Positions 38,471-53,200 are shown, counted from the first letter of the stretch. The stretch: DNA of 64,000 nucleotides from Chiloscyllium plagiosum (GCF_004010195.1 NC_057719.1:76428849-76492848), one strand, 5' to 3'. Notes: generated by a model not told the origin, from the sequence alone. Program-made: numbers and translations.

Positions 38471-39229
38471 CCAACGGCAGAACTGCAGAAGTCATTTTAG
38501 CCCCTAAGCTTTTTGTTTTCCTGCAATATCTTACATTCCTAGTTACAGTTTCAATGGTCAATATCATCAGTAAACTATAATGTTATTGTTTCTATTTATA
38601 AAAATAGAAAACAAAGGATGTTCAGGTACACAACAGGGATCATGCCAAGACCTACATTAATCTGATGGATTATCCTAGGTTCTGGGATTTACTTTCTGGA
38701 AGATAGTCATTCCTCTGCCTTTATCCATCAGACTGAATTCTTTCCATATGCCTTAATTTTCTTTCTCTTACATGGCACCTTATCAATGCCTCTGAAAAAC
38801 ACTTCTACAACTTCCTTCCCAACCCAGTTTTATCATCTTCCAAAAGTGCCATTACATTATTTAAACATGACCTGCAATTAACAAATCTATGCTGACTGTT
38901 CTTGTTTCTTTAAATATTCATGCATGTTGTGTCATATTATCAACTCTTAGTGGTCTGATTTTATGACAGTACGTCACTGGCATGGAGTTCTGGCTACCCA
39001 TCATGCATTGAGGGAGCATGACTCAGGATTTTCTGGAGAAAATCTACAACCATTGCGATGGATCATTGAAATGATTAGTTTTGGGCTGTGTGACGGGGTC
39101 AGGGTGGGGGAGTGTTGGTAGTCGATATGTCAATTAAATACAGATGGTAATTAGAGAGAACTTTACAGGGTCACATGTCCATTTTTTGCACGCTATGTAA
39201 CCTAAGCCCTGTACATCTATTCTTGTTTG

Positions 39230-39580
39230 AATCATAGAATCTCTACAGTGTGAAAGCAGGCTATTCGGTCCATCCAGTCCACAGTGATCCTCTGAAGAGT
39301 CTCACTTAAACCCAGCTCCTTATCCCTGTAAACTTGCATTTCCTGTGTCTAATCCATCTAATCTACACATCCCTGGACACTATGGGCAATTTAGCATGGC
39401 CAATTGACATAACCTGAACATCTTTGGACCATGTGGAGGAAACTGGAACACCTGAAAGAAATCCATGCAGGCACGGGGAGAATGTACAAACTCCACACAG
39501 ACAGTTGCCCAAGGCTGGAATCCAATCCAGGTCCCTGGTGCTGTGAGGCAGTGGTGCTAACTACTGAGCCACTGTGCTGT
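39230..39580 (-). mobile_element. HE1-type SINE
   Basis: Reverse cagcacagtggctcagtagttagcac; ctatgatt tail. Confidence 0.85.
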
Positions 39581-40983
39581 CCTCTAGCCATTCTCTAGCT
39601 CTGTTTAGTTTTTGTTCTGTGTTTTCCCTTTTCTGTTAAAAAAGGTAGTTATCTATTACTGCCCATTCATTCCATCTCTATCCAAGGTTCACCGAAAAAT
39701 GTTCTCTCACTCCATTTTTGCACTAATTATCTCTAACTCTTCAACAATTTGAATTTTCATCTCAGTTCAGTTTATCCTTCCCAACCCCAACCTAAGCCTT
39801 TCACATTTGTGAATTTCCTAAGCCTTTCACATTCGTACAGATATACCTTCATTGTCACCAGCCCTCATGAGCCAGCTACAATTACTATGAACATCAATTT
39901 AACCTCACAACATTAACTTTGTCATGTCCAGAGGTTCTTTTATAGCACCCCTCCTGATCCCTGTCTGAAAACTATTCTGGGTGATATCTGATTGCAACAG
40001 GTCTGTTTCCAAATATGTACCATACTCTACTTTCCTCGGTATGGTTTACTTGCCCCTCTTGTTTTGCATGAATTTTGTCATGCCCCTCGGATCCCAATGC
40101 GGGAATGAACAGGGATCCTGAGTCCAGACTTGTTACAAGCCAGACTAGCTCATTGCTTTTAATAAAAGGCCTCCTAACTGACCTCCTGCAGCCCCACATT
40201 CCAATTAAAGATGATGGGTAGGCGCTTGGTGCTGTTGGCTTAATCAGTAAGCCTCTGTAATCTCAGTAGGAAAGATGTGCACCACTGAAGCAAAACTTTG
40301 GAGAAGTAAGTATTATCAAAAGTTCTGGAAGGTGGAGGATGGAAGACCCAACTGGCCAAATGGGAGATTTATTGGATGGGGTTATTAGGGTAACAAGGGC
40401 TGCTATGGAGTCAGTTTGACACTGAGCTCTATTCTTAACTTTCCGCCGTGAAGGCCTCCTACTTTCCTTCCTTAACATCTTCCACCTCCTTGTCACATTC
40501 TGCTTCGCCTACTCACATGTACTCCTTACTCGTTTACAAACCTGGTCCTGTCATATACTCCAGCTCATCCACGATTCTGCCCCTCATATTCAATCCTGCA
40601 TAAGGTCGTCAATCCTGTCCTGGGTGAGCTGTGCTGGCTTTTAGTCTGTCAATCTCAAGTTTAAAATTACTATCCATGCTACTTCAATACAGTGAGTGAG
40701 TTTTTTTCGATCTCTCCTTGCCCTTGCCATTCTCTACTCCAGCTCTAAAGGCTCTACTTTAATTTGTATTGCCATGACAATGGCTTTTATGCAATAGTAC
40801 CCTTCCTCTATCGTAGAACATAGGAAATTGAAGACCATTTTCAAACCACTACCCCCCCCCCCAAACCTCCACCTCCAAGCCTTCTCTGCTATTCCATAAG
40901 ATCACGACTGATCTGATTGTGGACATGGATCCACTTCTCTGTGGAGTCACAACATCTGAATCCATTGCAGATCAAACATTTGG

Positions 40984-41287
40984 ATTAGATTAGATTACTT
41001 ACAGTGTGGAAACAGGCCCAACAAGACCACACCGACCCACCGAAGCGCAACTCACCCAGACCCATTCCCCTACATTTACCCCTTCACCCAACACTGTGGG
41101 TATTTTGGAATGGCCAATTCACCTAACCTGCACATTTTTGGATTGTGGGAGGAAACCGGAGCAAACCCACGCAGACACGGGGAGAATGTGCAAACTCCAC
41201 ACACAGAGTCGCCTGAGGCGGGAATTGAACCCAGGTCTCTGGCGCTGTGAGGCAGCAGTGCTAACCACTGTACCATCGTGCTGCCCA
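40984..41287 (-). mobile_element. HE1-type SINE (younger subfamily)
   Basis: Same 3' end and aatct tail as 23925-24092. Confidence 0.88.
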
Positions 41288-42799
41288 ACCTTGAATATAT
41301 TCAATGTCACAGCCTCGGATAGCCCCAAGTTCTAGCTTTCCCATGTGAGGGCAAATCTCCTCTGAGCGTCCAATCTATCAACCCTCCCCCCACCTCTGAA
41401 TTTCAATGAGATGACCTCTCAATCATCTAAATTCCAAGGAACAAGGCTCAACCTTACCCCATAAGACAACTCCTTCACCCCAGGAATTTGACTGTCTCAG
41501 CTCATTTTCTGTGTGACCCTCAGTCATATGTTCATGACCTTCAGACCTAAATATTCCGATATACTCCTGACTGGTGTCATACATTCTACCCTCCACCATG
41601 AGCTCATCCACATCCCCGCTGCTCATTCATGAAATGCTCATGTGACTCCTGAATTTATTTTAAATTCTCCTTTTTGCTTTCAAATCCCTCTGTGGCCTCA
41701 ACCCTCCCTATTTCTAGTAATCTCCATCAACCCTATAAACCCCGCCGCCCCCGAAATAGCTGCAATTCATAATTTTGGTTTCTTGTGCATCCCAAGTTCT
41801 AATCATGATTTCTGGCCAGCCATTTAGTTTTTGCCTAGCCCCCAGGCCATCGGAATTCATCTCTCCAACTCACTTGCCAGCTTAAAGCTCCTTCTTCTTT
41901 TATCATCTGCTTTAATACCTTTTTATGTGACTGGTGTCTGTCATACTTTGTTCTTTTTCGTAATGTAAAGCATCTTGGGATGGTTCATTACGCTACTGAG
42001 GAAAAAAAGTCCTCTTCAGCAATGACCGATTGAAACAACATATAAAGGAAAGGACAGGGGTCTTAGAAACATTAGAACAAGCATTGACTATTCATTGTTG
42101 ATGTATATGTTAACTCAATTTCCCCACCTTTTTTCCTTAATGAATATCTTTGCTATCAATCTCAGTCTTTCAGAGGAATTTGCAGAGTTAAAGTGTTGGA
42201 ATGAAAAGTAGGATTTCAAAGGTAATGAATAATTGAAGCTGTTGTTCCAAATTTTCACAGGACCTAATGCTAATGTTGAAGCAGAAGACATGTCTTTGAG
42301 AAGTAAAATTTAATGCATATCTGTGTCAGGCTTGTGTGTTTTATCATATCTGAATGAGAATGCATATCTTTTCGAGTGAAAGACAGGCAAATATCAAAAC
42401 CTTGCCTTAAATAATTGAATTCAATTATTCTGCATCCAGTCGATTGGTATGCCTAAAACTGACTGAAATGTTTCTCTATTTAAATCGGTGCTTTTTTATT
42501 CTGCTGGAAGGAGATGACAGGTCCTCACACCAAGTGAATGCTTTTGAAATGTGAATACCCTTATAGCTATTTCAGAAGAGCTGTAACTGCTAAATCAAAA
42601 TGCAGTTCTACCAAATATATTCATTTGGCGCTCCTCTCCATTTAAAAACATAACCTATTCTGATATATCATGTTCTTTCAAAAAAAAACTTTGCCTCCCT
42701 TATGGTTTAAATGGAGCTTAGAGCTTCAACAGAAATTTGTATTCAACTTAAGTGGGGCAATACTTTCAATAAACAGTCAGTAAAAGTAAAAAAAATGGG

Positions 42800-43275
42800 T
42801 TAATATTTCAGGATGGGCCCATTTGCCTGAATGGGTGCAGCTCCAACAACACTCAAGAAGCTTAACACCACCCAATAGAAAGCAGCCTGCTTGTTTGGCA
42901 CGACATCCACACCCTCCCCCATCAGTGCTCAGTAGCAGCAGTGTGTAGCAGCAAGATGCACTGCAGAAATTCATCAACGGTCTTTAGGCAGCACCTTTCA
43001 AACCTTCAATCACTTCCATCTAGAAGGCCAAGGGCAAAACGTATATGGGAACAAGTTCCCCTCCATGCCACTTATTATCTTGATTTGGAATTATATCACC
43101 ATTCCCTCATTGCTGTTGGGTCAAAATCCTAGAACTCCTCTCCAAAGAGTATTGTGAGTCAACCTACAGGACATGGAGGCTCAAGTTCACTACCACCTTC
43201 TCAAGACCTACTAGAGACGGGAAATAAATACTGGCCCAGCCAATAATTCCCACATCCCATGTGTGAATAAAATAA
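42800..43275 (+). mobile_element. CR1-like LINE 3' fragment (old family)
   Basis: gcagctccaacaacactcaagaagct...ttgggtcaaaatcct...cccacatcccatgtgtgaataaa. Confidence 0.75.
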
Positions 43276-43479
43276 AAATGTGCAGAAAGACAAAGGGCCA
43301 AAAAATAATGCGATGCAGAAGTGAAATGCTATTATTTACTACTTGCTGAGTAAAGGGAAAAGATCATTCACAACAAATGGGGAGAAAGGTCCAATAATGA
43401 TCACCTGAAAGAAAATGAAGAGCAACAGTAGTTAATCAGTATCTTCAGTGAGAAAAGGCTTTCCATCTGTGACAATCCT

Positions 43480-43965
43480 CTGACGCTAAGCCTGACCATT
43501 TACAACCTTATTGCTAAGGTTAGCTTCCAATTATATAGGTAGCCATCACCAAGCTCTGTTATTTCCAGGTTCGTAATACACTCCAACTCCCAACTTCCTT
43601 TACCTGATTACCTGCTGCTGAGATGCTCATCCATCCCTTTGTCATCTCTAGATTTGAGTGTGTCAGTTCTTACCTCATCAATCTCCCATATTTTATCCAA
43701 CATAATCTCATGCACATCCAAAACTCCACTGCTAATATCTAATATTGCATCTCATCCATCACCTTTCTGCTAATGTACTGGCAACGCACAAGTGAATGTC
43801 TCCATTTCAAGATCTTCACCTTTATTTCCAAGACTTTCAATGGTCTTTCATCTCCCTCCTGCTGCAAAGTTCTCCAGGCCTACATCTCTTTGAGATCTCT
43901 GAGCTCTTCTAATTCTGGTCTCTTACACATTCCCAATTTTTGTAGGTTCACCTATTGGAGGCCAT
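43480..43965 (+). mobile_element. Ancient L2-type 3' remnant
   Basis: AEMLIHPFVISRFE-like segment, then H.HSKI.FKI-like decayed motif. Confidence 0.5.
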
Positions 43966-44239
43966 AATATCATGATTAACAACAGAATCCATGGTTATTG
44001 GAGTGGATGGGAACATAAAGTTGAGGCCACAACTTATTGAATGATGGGGCGAGCTCAAGAAACCAAGTTACCGAATTTGCATATCAGTTAGCTCTAAATT
44101 TTAGCATTCCCCTCTTAACCTCTACAACTCTCCCCTCCTTTAAAATGTACCTTCAAAACCTACCTCATAGATAAAACTCTTGGTCAGCTGTTCTGATAGC
44201 TCATGCTGTGGCTTGCTGTTAAAAATGCTTCCTTTTTTG

Positions 44240-44592
44240 GGGGTGGCGCGGTAGCTCAGTAGTTAGCACTGCTGCCTCACAGTGCCAGGCACCTGGCTTC
44301 AATTCTTGCCACGGGCAACAGTCTGTGTGGAGGTGCACATTTTCCCTGTGTCTGTGTGGGTTTCACCTGGGTGTTTTGGTTCTTCCCACATTCCAAAGAT
44401 GTACAGGTTAGATGAATTGGCCATTCTAAATTGCCCATAGTATTCAGGGATGTGTAGGTTAGATGCATAACTCAGGGGAAATATAAAGTAATCGGATTGG
44501 GGAAATGGTCTGGCTGGGATACTCTTTGGAGGGTCGGTGTAAACTTGTTGGGCCTAATGGCCTATTTACTTACTGTAGGGATTCTATGATAA
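44240..44592 (+). mobile_element. HE1-type SINE
   Basis: ggcgcggtagctcagtagttagcactgctgcctcac...gattctatga. Confidence 0.85.
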
Positions 44593-45739
44593 TAATGCTT
44601 TTGTCAAATGTGCTTCAGCATTATGTGTGCTATATGAATGTAATTTGTTGCTGCTGTTTATATTGTTTAACTGCAGGAGACTAAGATAATGAAGAAACAA
44701 CCTGATAGCAAAGAGACAATGGATGGATTGACAGAAAAGTAAAGTCTTGTAGATGCTGATCCACCATTATTCCATGATATTCCCAAAGAGTATTCTGATT
44801 TATAAGTGTAGACTAAAATACATATTAAAGTACTCCTAACAAATCTTGAAAAAAGTTACTTCAGATCATGTTAGCCTGATAAAACAAATTAACCTGTTTG
44901 TAAATAGAGTGCGGTTTTCTTATGTATTAATCTATGTTTCTGTCTATATAATTGTACTTGTTAATAAATTACACTTGTAGTTATTAACCTGAATCATGTG
45001 GCTGTCCAATACCATATCTATGTCATATATTCCAACAACTGATCGGTATGTTATTCAACACAAAGCAAAGCTGGATCAGTATTAGGTTCAGTAAGCTGTG
45101 GTTCAATTTGTAGGCATACCGACATTTGACTTTTATACTGTACACAAGTAAATACTTTTACAAACAAAATCCCTAAATTTTGACACAATGTATTGTCAGT
45201 TGTTTCCCTTATCTGTAGCTAGAAGCATGTCTGGTATCATAATTTTTAAAGTGCAGTTAGAAAATTATATGAACCTTAGTACATCATTGCTAATAAAATT
45301 ATTTTGTTGTCAAGACAAATTTTAAGTGCATAATTACATTCTTTGTTTTTGTCTGGTATACAAATCAAGTTAAAATTAACACACTTCATATTTCTGAGGC
45401 TGCAATCAACCAATTAAACAATCCCTTATTCTAAACGTGACATTCAAAAATTATCTTATTTATTTGTCTTAAACAGATCGTGCGGAATTTTTCCAGTTAT
45501 CGTCAGAGTGATTTTTCAAGTGAGATTTATTGTGGCTAGTTCCACCATTGCCCATGTCAACTTTTGTCATACAATCTTCCATTCTTCAGTCATAAATGCG
45601 TAACTGGTCTTTTTGGTGCCTGTCTCATGGAATTGTGCAACAGGAGAGATGGAGGTGCTCACCAATGCTTGCACTTTGCAATGTTTACAGTGCTGTGGCC
45701 ACAGTTAAACCTGACCTGTACCACTTCAGATGTTGCAAA

Positions 45740-45945
45740 ACAGGAACCGCTTTCACACCGTTCTGTTCCAAGTGTTGATCTCGATGTTTTGTTGGACAAG
45801 ATAGTGGAGAAGAAGGCTGTCCTTTTCTCTGCTGATTAACAAAGAAGGTCACATCACTTGCTTCAGGACTGAGTTAGCAGCCCAACTCAGTCCATCAATG
45901 CAGGGAAGGGGCACATGATCTGTACTCCTCAAGGTTAAATGCCAA
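45740..45945 (+). mobile_element. Degenerate Myb/SANT-like remnant, probably Harbinger-derived
   Basis: SVDLDVLLDKIVEKKAVLFSAD*QRR....TELAAQLS; similar pattern to 9760-9965. Confidence 0.5.
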
Positions 45946-47216
45946 TGTCTTTTCTCTGCTACAGCACACTCATAGGGCTACCATTAACTCTAAGTTTATC
46001 AGTACACATGCCTGAGATCAAGACCCTACAAGTCTAATACTTACTTACATTAGGTCCATTCAACAGCTCTCACCTACCTCATCCTCCCAAACTACTAACC
46101 TTTTTGTCCTCTGTACTTCCTACTCACTCACTGGGAACACTTTATCAACTCTCCTGTTCGTACATCACCATTAATTGCTGTTCCATCCACTATCATCATA
46201 CTTAGACCCTCCCATTTTCTCATTCCACAATATCCTGACTGATATATCTATAATCCCAAGGCTAATTGTACCTGACTTGCAGGACTCACCATGGCCAAAG
46301 CCCTGGACTGGAATCAGACTACCCCCTTGACTGACAATGATGGCAAACTTTAACTTTGGTTGCCCCTTGATCCCAAGGGGGATGTCCTTTGAGTTTGAGA
46401 AATGGCCCTTAGATTGGGGCATAAGTAAATATACCATGTAAGCTGGCATATGCTGTAGGTGCAATATTGACATAGCACAGGACCATGCAGCAACATGTCC
46501 AACCCTTGACTACTTGGTGCTCTAACCTGTGACAAGCTGCTACCTTTCCCTATGCACTAAACAGCAATGCAAGCCATCGAGTCTGGCAGTCTCTAAGTGC
46601 GCAAAATGAATGGCACCGAAATGAAGGGTCATAAGTTGCAATGTGTGTGAGATGAGATGTGTGTGTGCTCCTACATGCAAACTGACCCAAAAAGCTTGCA
46701 AGTCATAAGTGTCTCTGAGCTGCATAGTGAAGTCCTGAATAGTTGAGTGATGTGTGGGTTGGGCCGAAAGCTGCCATGATTGGACACTGTCACCTTGCTT
46801 GGAGGTAAGGTGTAAAAAGATGATGTTCATATGTTCATGGAGCACATAGGGGCATTGTGGTGAAGACAGACAAAGACCTGGAGAAGCAATATGCAATGTG
46901 CCACTACCAGGTTACTGCATTGACTTTCATGTTGGAAATTGATGTTATCTAGTTTCTTGGGGAAAGAGAGGAGAATTGAAAGAGGCATAGAAATGAAGCA
47001 AGCTTAGCTAGTTTTGAGGTGCAAATGCTTGGAAATAAGGTAACAAGATTCAGAACTCCCTGTTTAAACATAAAAGTGTAAAAGCTGCATTTTTTTTCTC
47101 GCGGTCAAGAGTCTGATATCTTTGCAATCTCCCAGCTTTGTCACCATTGCCCATTGTTCTCAAGGGAAGGGAAAACACCATCAATTTTCAATTTTGGTTC
47201 TCAATGGTAAACACAT

Positions 47217-48447
47217 TGTAACAAGGTCAGGGCAGGTTGACATCAGAGGATTGATAAATTCTTAATCTCGTAAGGAATTAAGGGATACAGGGAAAGTGCG
47301 GGTAAGTGACGTTGAAATGCCTATCAGCCATGATTAAATGGCGGAGTGGACTCGATGGGCCAAATGGCCTTACTTCTACTCCTATTTCTTATGGTCTTAA
47401 TATGAGTTTCCTGATTGGGACTGTTAACCTGATCCAATCAGGGAGCCCTGGCTGACAAATATAAATAGGAGTGTTGGCCAAACTGGCCATTAACAGGTCC
47501 AGGCAGCGGGCCGTGGAGGGGGTCGTTAGGGCCGACTGCCTGCCCCTCTTCCGCGGTTACGTTAGGGCCCGGGTGTCCTTGGAGAAGGAGCACGCGGTGT
47601 CCACCAACACCCTGGAGTTGTTCAGGGAGAGGTGGGCGCCGCAGGGAGTGGAGTGCATCATTTCTTCCTCCAACTCTATTTTGATTTAGTCCCTACCCTC
47701 CCCCTCACTGTTTTTGATCACACAGCACTGCCCTTTGATGTGAAGGGCCGTGTTTGTCACTGGCCACCCGGGTGTTTTCCTATCTTCCTGGTGGTGGAAA
47801 TTGAATAAAGATTCGTGCACTTTGTGTCTTTCACTATGTCTCACACCTGCACACAAATAAAAATAAAAAAAATAAATAAATAGGAGTGTTGGCCAAACTG
47901 GCCATTAACAGGTCCAGGCAGCGGGCCGTGGAGGGGGTCGTTAGGACCGACTGCCTGCCCCTCTTCCGCGGTTACGTTAGAGCCCGGCTGTCCTTGGAGA
48001 AGGAGCACGCGGGGTCCACCAACACCCTGGAGTTGTTCAGGGAGAGGTGGGCGCCGCAGGGAGTGGAGTGCATCATTTCTCCCTCCAACTCTATTTTGAT
48101 TTAGTCCCTACCCTCCCCTTCACTGTTTTGATCACACAGCACTGTCCTTTGATGTGAAGGGCAGTGTTTGTCACTGGCCACCGGGTGTTTTCCTGTCTTC
48201 CTGGTGATGGAATTTGAATAAAGAAAAAAAAAATAAAAAATAAACAGGAGATGTGTCTCACACCTGCACACACACACCATGGGTGCTGGGGATAAAATAA
48301 GCACTACTGCAAAAAAAAAGGAGTGTTAGAGGTTATTTCTACCCTGAGAGCAGGCTCTGAGAAAGCCAGTCTAATATCAAAAACAGTGCATGCATAAATA
48401 AAGGGTGCCTTGGTGTTGGGATACTGGCCTCTGTGGACATGTTTCCA
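47217..48447 (+). mobile_element. Solo LTR-like element (TG...CA, CCAAT, TATAAA 47460, AATAAA) interrupted by a CR1 tail (about 47248-47400) and two Tx1-like copies
   Basis: tgtaacaagg...ccaatcagggagccctggctgacaaatataaataggagtgtt [insert] aggagtgttagagg...aataaagggtg...tttcca; a second copy lies at 21666-26401. Confidence 0.7.
47476..48318 (+). mobile_element. Two head-to-tail 5'-truncated Tx1-like LINE copies with aggagtgtt at all three junctions
   Basis: AKLAINRSRQRAVEGVVRADCLPLFRGYVRARVSLEKEH...FRERWAPQG; poly(A); aggagtgtt at 47467, 47882 and 48319. Confidence 0.88.
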
Positions 48448-49399
48448 AATCCAAGTCATGAGTCTTACCCTTTACTCACCAAGAGCTTCATTCCTTATGT
48501 GTTTTTGATGTTGACAACTCTACCATTCATTAATTGCTAAAGTCATCAAATTAAAAAAGAACAGCAGTTACTGGTTCTTCCAGCTACTATATACAATATA
48601 TGTTCATAGTTATTATATTCAGCATTACATTTTTATAAGAGGAGTATTCAAAAAGTTGTGGGGAGAAATAGGTCAACTCCATTGACATTCTACGCATTGA
48701 CATTTGATTTGAATTGTCCCTCCCTATTAATTTCCTTCCCCATTCTAAAAGGTACAGTTACAGAGGTACAAGCAGTAACTAGTCACTCAATATGAACATA
48801 CAATAATTAGAAGGTGTTCAATGGTTAGGGAAGCGAGTACTGGTTTATTGGGTGGCACTGTCTGACAGAAGAGCACCTCAGCTGAGACGCGTTTACTCAA
48901 TAGATGTAGAGATGAATTCCAGGGTCATCCTGATCTTCATGGATCAGTTGCATTTAGTAACTGAGCCTCTAGGGAGAATACAGATTCTATAAGTAACATG
49001 CAAGCTGCTCATCACTATATCAAAAACAGTAATACACCATCGGGTGAACAGAGACATCCTTGAGTTTTTTTCAGAACTCATTAGAGAACCATAAGTTTAT
49101 TAGACATAGTTATCATGTTAAGTGCACGATTGCCAGAGAGGATTTTTTTTTGCAATGTTAACCATTTCCTTATATTAAATATTCTGTTACTTTAAAGCAC
49201 ATTGTAAGTAAGAGTGACATCACAGTGTAGTACTTATATGAACAGAGCATTTTGCACAGACATTGAGTAGCCACAGAGCCCTGAGTGGTAAATAGTTCAT
49301 CCAGCATCTTACACAATAGGTATCACTTAGATTTTCTATTTACTAGATATTTAACACCTAAATATTGAATTATAATCTTTAAAGCAACAACAGCAATTT

Positions 49400-50200
49400 A
49401 TTATTATATAGCACTGTTAATAATTTATAAAAGTACTTCATAGGAGTATTGTGTAATGGAACATGGCAATGGGCCACGTATGGACAAATTAAGAGAGGTG
49501 ATCTTATCAGAAATGTAGGTTTTAAGAAGGATCCTGAAAGGAGAGAGAAAACATGAGAAGAAAAATGTTAAAGATGGAAGCCCAGAGCTTTACACCTATT
49601 CAGCTGAAAACTCATCTGCCAGTGGTGGTATGATTAAAATCAGGGATGTGCAAGAGGTCAGATTGGGAGCACTGCAGGGATGTGAAAGCATTGTAGGACT
49701 AGGGGAGATAAGAATGGGTGGGTCCTTGCATTGATTTGAAGTTTAAGACAAGAATTTTAAATTTGAGGCTTTGCCACATGGGGTGCCAATGTAGGATATT
49801 GGGCTTAGTAGTAATGGGTGAGCATGAACTGAAATGGGTGCAAGTTAGGATATAGGTAGCTGAGTTTTGGGATTAGCCTCATGTTTGAATAGAGGGGAAT
49901 ATTAGGTGTTGGTTGGGAAGGCAATGGAATAGTCACGTTGAGAAGTTTAAAAAAAATTTGGTGATGGTTTCAGCAACAGATATGCTGAGGCAGAGACAGA
50001 GTGAAACACTATTATGGAGATAGATATGGGAAGTTTTGGTGACTGGGTAGATATGTAGTTAGATGCTCATTGCTTGGTCAAATTTGGATCTAGGATTGCA
50101 AATGAGCTGTTTTAAACCTCAGGCATTTGCAAAGGAGAGAGATGGACAAAGTGGAGTTTGTAGTACAGACAAAAGACAGCAGCTTCTGCATTCCAAATTT
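49400..50200 (-). mobile_element. Ancient L2-like remnant
   Basis: Purine-rich reverse L2 3' pattern (agaattttaaatttgagg, ggaatagtcacgttgaga, gatgggtttcagca). Confidence 0.45.
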
Positions 50201-53200
50201 TAGCTATCATTTAAAAAGTCATTAGAAGGGCCTCATTGTAGTTTCCATGAAGCTTTGGTTGATGGATTTGAGTAATTCAAACTAACAAAGGTCACTTGTT
50301 CATAATTTGCCTGACTGTGATAGATAATCACAAATGATGTAGCAGTTGGGACCTTCCTTGCAGATGGAGTAGGAACACCAACAATCAGCCACAGTTCATA
50401 ATCCTCATCATTATCCGGTGCTAAATGCTTAGAAGCATTTGTGCAGATGTCAAGTGCGGAGGGGATTCATTATGATGCTGTCCACAAATTTAAGTGTTTA
50501 AAATTTGACAATTTGATAATGATGAAGTGGCTTGTTCATATTTGTTCTGCCATATGGTCATTACCCCTCACCTCATCACTCTGCACGTTATTACCAGTGA
50601 TCAGAGTGAAGAGCAAGCAGTGAAGGGCAGCATTTTCACACAAGAAATTCATGATTTTGTATCAAATGCATGTGCCTGCTATTTAAAAGGAGGCATCAAT
50701 CCACATAAAATAAGCATCAATATGCAGAACAACACATTACAAAGATTCCAGAATATAAACCTTACTCTCACTACCAAAATGAAACTAGTATATTTCAAAC
50801 ATTGTTTCTCATTATCATAGAAATTATTGCAGGGATCAAGATAATCCTGTCCACTATTCTGATGATTTTACATTCTCTCTATTTAAATATCTACCTAGTT
50901 TGAATTTAAATAATATTGCCATCCCAATCTCAATATTGTCTTGTGGTGAAACGTTCTATGTTCAAATGATGTCTTACAATAATTCCTGTAATTTTCTCCC
51001 TTTGTTCTTTATATTAGTAACATGTTTAATTTTCTTACTGTAAGTAAATAATGCTTCTCTGCTTTTGGCACAACCCTGAATAATGCATAGAAATATAACT
51101 AATACTATACTTTATGCAATTTGTGTTAGAGAGGTTTGCAGTTAACTCACATTTGAAATAGAAGATCCACGTTGAGGTACGCAGAACTATCAACATCAAG
51201 CATTACATTAGGCTCACAGCTCATGTCACACATAACAGCTTACCTCATGGATCAGAAGGATTATGGGTTACATTGATCCTCATTAAGGACGATCAGCTAC
51301 ATTTGCCAATACTGTACAAAGCAAACATGTTGCACTGTTGCACAGTGACGTAGGGTATACAAGCCAGCAGTAGGTTCAAATTGTTAACTCAGATACCCTG
51401 CCTTTAAGTTAGATTCCATCTGAACTATATTCATCTGTATCATTTATGGAGACTGTATATTTTATCCTTCAAAGGAAAGATATGTCACCGATAAGACCAG
51501 TCTCTATTGCCCATGAGACATTGATTGTGAGCTGTCTTCTTTAATAGAATTTGGCTTGCTAGGTCATTGAGGAGTCACCCACAAAGATGTAAGTTAGGAG
51601 GCAGGTATATGGGAAAGGACATAATACACATTTCTTTTCCCTGAATGACATTAATAAACTAGATTTTTTAAAAAAAGTAATAGTCCTATAGTTCCATGCT
51701 CACCAAGACTGCGTCTAGCTTTTCAATCCAGATCTTTTTCCATTTATTTAATTAATAGAATTAGAATTCATGTTGTTTTTGGGTTAAGTCCTGTAACATA
51801 ATCACTATAGTATCGTATATAGGAATTACCAGTTCATTAGTTAGAAATTAGTTAGCATATGATCAGTGACCAGTTCCAGGTAAAGTAAGGCCTATGACTA
51901 AGGAAAATAAACATTTAAGCTTTAACATTGTCATGTCAAAATATGTGATTTTCCAAGAAAAGCACATGATGTGATATGCTTGCCATACATTTCAAACCAG
52001 TTTTGGAATTATCAGATGGCTAAAGAGAGATATACTAGAACATACTAGTTAGTAAATTACATTGAAGGTATCTCCCGATACCTTCACTCAGTTATTTTTA
52101 AACTGAGTGTTAACAATGATTATGCACCATTTTCTTTATTTGGATTCACGTTCCTGGCAGACTGTCTATTTAATCGCAATGCATAGCTGTCTTACAGCGT
52201 TTACAGTCTGGCACTCGATGTCTTTACTACGTTTGGCAGAGACTGGAGCAGATCATCTTTGCAATGAAGATCACGACCATAGCAGCATTTCAGCCAGCCT
52301 AATTGCAAAGCGTTGTGGCTCATGCAGAACAGGAGACTTGGACGATCCGAACACTTCTCCACCTGCTGAAGCTCGGCCTTAAAGCTGACACGTGAAGTTT
52401 AGGAAATAGATGATGTGGGATCAGCCCAACGAAGTCTGACATCTTCATGTGGAGCTGCCACGCCCGATACCTTAACAGAGATTCTAAACGGTTTTAGAAT
52501 CCCGTCAGAATAGCAGACAAACTCGTTCCAGATAAATGAACAAGGCGTTTGCACAGTACTGCAAGATATAAATAAGAAATGCATGGAAAGTAGTAGGCTG
52601 TAGTTAATTAAATTATGCAGCATATTCAAAACCTGCTACTTAAACTATTGGAAACAAAATGGAATAGAGTGCTAATGGAGTGCAGGCTGGCTTTAAGGTG
52701 TCCAATAGATCATGGGGAATGGGACGCAGGAAGAAAACAGACTCAGGTTGTTTATACTTCCAATCTGCTAAAGACAATAAGACAGTCGCTGAGTTGAACT
52801 CTATGGACAGCAATAACTGCTTAAAACTGTAAAAGCACAATAAGTCACAGTGAGATCCCATAATTTACCCCTCGACCAGTCACTGACCTTGCTCACTGGT
52901 TGGGAGTGAGGACGCTGCAGTGAATTTGAATGCTGTAGGTTATGAAGGGGAGGTGGTTTTTGGTTGAGTGTGGAATGGGGAGGCGGAGGAGGGTATAGCA
53001 GGGGGACGGCGAGGTGATGAACGCTGGTGTGATGATTGCCAAGGGGATCAAAAGTGACGGGGAGAAAGCGGGAAAACGGGGTTGAAAAACAAATCAGCCA
53101 TGACAGGATGGCAGAGCAGACTAGATGGGCCGAATGGCCTAATTTTTTGCTCCTGCGATCTTACGGTGGAGGTGACACATTTAGGGTGGAGCTTGGTCAG

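Noticed and set aside
46170..46900. Harbinger transposase ORF
   Set aside because: Adjacent to a Myb-like remnant, but I could not read convincing DDE motifs
52107..52382. 91-aa ORF upstream of TTC9
   Set aside because: No recognisable homology or convincing splice structure
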